64,000 nucleotides of DNA, taken from assembly GCF_004010195.1 (NCBI RefSeq), contig NC_057718.1, positions 45,057,907 to 45,121,906 on the forward strand, written 5' to 3'. The position numbers and the translations under genes were made by a program. Within the stretch, counting starts at the first letter, position 1; every line of letters starts with the position of its first letter. The notes beneath the pieces are model-generated. The model saw only the letters and a list, made by a program, of their open reading frames with translations. It searched no databases and had not been told where the DNA came from. This document shows, piece after piece, positions 63,578-64,000 of the stretch. This DNA comes from Chiloscyllium plagiosum (lineage: Eukaryota).

Positions 63578-64000
63578 CAGACAATAGACAATAGATGCAG
63601 GAGTAAGCCATTCTGCCCTTCGAACCAGCACCACCATTCAGTATGATCATGGCTGATCATCCTCAATCAGTATCCTGTTCCTGATTTATCCCCATAGCCT
63701 TGATTCCACTATCCTTAAGACCTCTATCCAACTCTTTCTTGAAAGTATCCAGAGACTTGGCCTCCACAGCCTTCTAAGCAGAGCATTCCATACACCCACC
63801 ACTCTCTGGGTGAAGAAGTTTCTCCTCAACACTGTTCTAAGTGGCCTACCCCTTGTTTTTAAACTGTGTCCTTTGGTTCAGGACTCACCCATCAGCAGAA
63901 ACATGTTTCCTGCATCCAGAGTGTCCATTCCTTTAATAATCTTATACGTCTCAATCAGATCCCCTCTCAGACTTCTAAACTCAAGCGTATACAAGCCCAG
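63578..64000 (-). mobile_element. CR1 LINE 3' end, same subfamily as 1-989
   Basis: agacaatagacaataga tail; sequence is the reverse complement of ~567-989 with moderate divergence. Confidence 0.92.

Overview
Eukaryotic, repeat-rich vertebrate DNA. It is most likely a shark, because it carries HE1-type tRNA-derived SINEs and abundant CR1-clade LINEs; there are no prokaryotic features. The only confidently identified host gene is the 3' end of CENPF on the minus strand: five phase-consistent exons from 61654 to 54139, ending in the CAAX motif CKVQ. The rest is nested mobile DNA: CR1 LINEs (one near full length with an esterase ORF1), Gmr1-type Gypsy elements (PR-INT-RT order), a ~5 kb ERV-like LTR element with a tRNA-Leu PBS and an env-like remnant, a decayed Harbinger transposon, and Penelope-like elements (PLEs). 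The most striking pattern is a family of ~200 bp foldback insertions made of two inverted PLE terminal repeats. These repeats carry a minimal hammerhead-ribozyme motif (CTGANGA-A-stem-GAAAC-GTH), some intact and others decayed or deleted. The insertions share a one-sided tail and often have 13-15 bp target duplications, and a 2.56 kb head-to-head PLE with the same architecture lies in the same window. Repeat boundaries were read by eye and are approximate unless exact motifs are quoted.
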